The notes under the pieces are model-generated. The model searched no databases, had not been told where the DNA came from, and was given only the letters and a program-made list of their open reading frames with translations. A stretch of 64,000 nt of DNA from a virus (Duplodnaviria > Caudoviricetes): IMG/VR virus record IMGVR_UViG_3300046739_000039, positions 47,672 to 111,671 of that record. The stretch is one strand, 5' to 3'. Positions 63,515 through 64,000 of the stretch are shown here, piece after piece (position 1 is the first letter of the stretch; every line of letters begins with the position of its first letter). The translations under genes were made by a program, and so were the position numbers.

Positions 63515-63784
63515 CTAGATCTTTACGATACGTCCGGAAGAGAGATTAGCGTACTTGTCACCCTCACGCGTTACGACGCGGTATGTCATACCCACATTCG
63601 CGACATAATCCGTGCCGTAAATGCGCCCGTGAACAATCTTTGCGTCTGTGTCGTCGGAAAGCAAGACAGCCACGGAATTACCGATATCAAAACCGGTAGG
63701 CATAGAGGCTTCCTTGAGCATATCGAAATGCTCAATAGTGCGGAAATACTCGGTAGCTTCGGTTTCAGTAGAAGTCTTGGCCAT
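63515..63784 (-). CDS. Hypothetical protein
   Basis: Purine-rich RBS before ATG 63784. Confidence 0.6.
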   Translation of the reverse strand: MAKTSTETEATEYFRTIEHFDMLKEASMPTGFDIGNSVAVLLSDDTDAKIVHGRIYGTDYVANVGMTYRVVTREGDKYANLSSGRIVKI

Positions 63785-63817
63785 TTCCCTATTTCCTCTC
63801 ATTAAGCTAGCTGGGAT

Positions 63818-63872
63818 TAGCTAACCATAGCCACACTAGGAAATCAATTCCTAGAATGACTAAAGCTGTCTA
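63818..63872 (-). repeat. Stop-anchored hairpin element, copy 10
   Basis: TAG ACA GCTTTAG tcattctaggaa ttgat ttcctagtgtgg CTATGG ttag CTA. Confidence 0.8.
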
Positions 63873-63998
63873 CTCCTTAAAGAGAGTCATTGCGTGTCGC
63901 TCACCGTGCAGATATGAACCACAACCATCACACGCCCGGTAACTGTGTGTGATGTCCTCACAATCACACTCATAATCTCCGGGAACGTCCGGCCAAAC
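63870..63998 (-). CDS. C-terminal fragment of a Cys-rich protein (runs off the window)
   Basis: ...VWPDVPGDYECDCEDITHSYRACDGCGSYLHGERHAMTLFKE*. Confidence 0.55.
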   Translation of the reverse strand, partial: VWPDVPGDYECDCEDITHSYRACDGCGSYLHGERHAMTLFKE

Positions 63999-64000
63999 CA

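Noticed and set aside
56324-63872. The same hairpins as integron attC sites
   Set aside because: No RYYYAAC/GTTRRRY ends, no integrase in the window, and sense-strand G.U pairs point to RNA rather than bottom-strand DNA folding.

Overview
A 64-kb internal segment of a large contractile-tailed (myovirus-like) phage of Actinobacteria. The host is most plausibly Streptomyces; this is inferred from WhiB, Rpf, a TerD-domain protein, GAAAGG ribosome-binding sites and TTGACA-N17/18-TAnnnT promoters. Layout: (1) 1-13.06 kb, the 3' part of the tape-measure gene (NlpC/P60 and transglycosylase domains) and a baseplate/tail-fibre module; (2) 13.2-43.8 kb, replication, recombination and nucleotide metabolism (DnaC-like loader, PNK-phosphatase, DnaB-like helicase, primase, SNF2 helicase, SSB, family A DNA polymerase, class II RNR, RecA-like recombinase, RNA ligase, resolvases, WhiB, Cas4-like nuclease, ThyX) among many small ORFs; (3) 43.9-54.7 kb, an AT-richer block (SpoVS, DUF1003, a secreted NlpC/P60 + Rpf-LysM unit, HNH, amidase endolysin, and a nucleotidyltransferase / HAD-like / Q-rich / TGT(DpdA)-like cluster); (4) 55.4-64 kb, two converging arms of small early-type genes. 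The strongest unexplained signal is a family of 10 sense-strand intergenic hairpins that start at the upstream stop codon (TAG-N3-GCTTTAG-[variable stem-loop]-CTATGG-N4-CTA) with compensatory changes. Other leads: a TGT/DpdA-fold protein that seems to start at ATT and to lack one catalytic Asp; TTA codons clustered at the 5' ends of many middle/late genes; promoters embedded in inverted repeats; and structured 5' leaders. I saw no tRNA, rRNA, CRISPR array or integrase. All family calls come from recognising motifs by eye, not from database searches.
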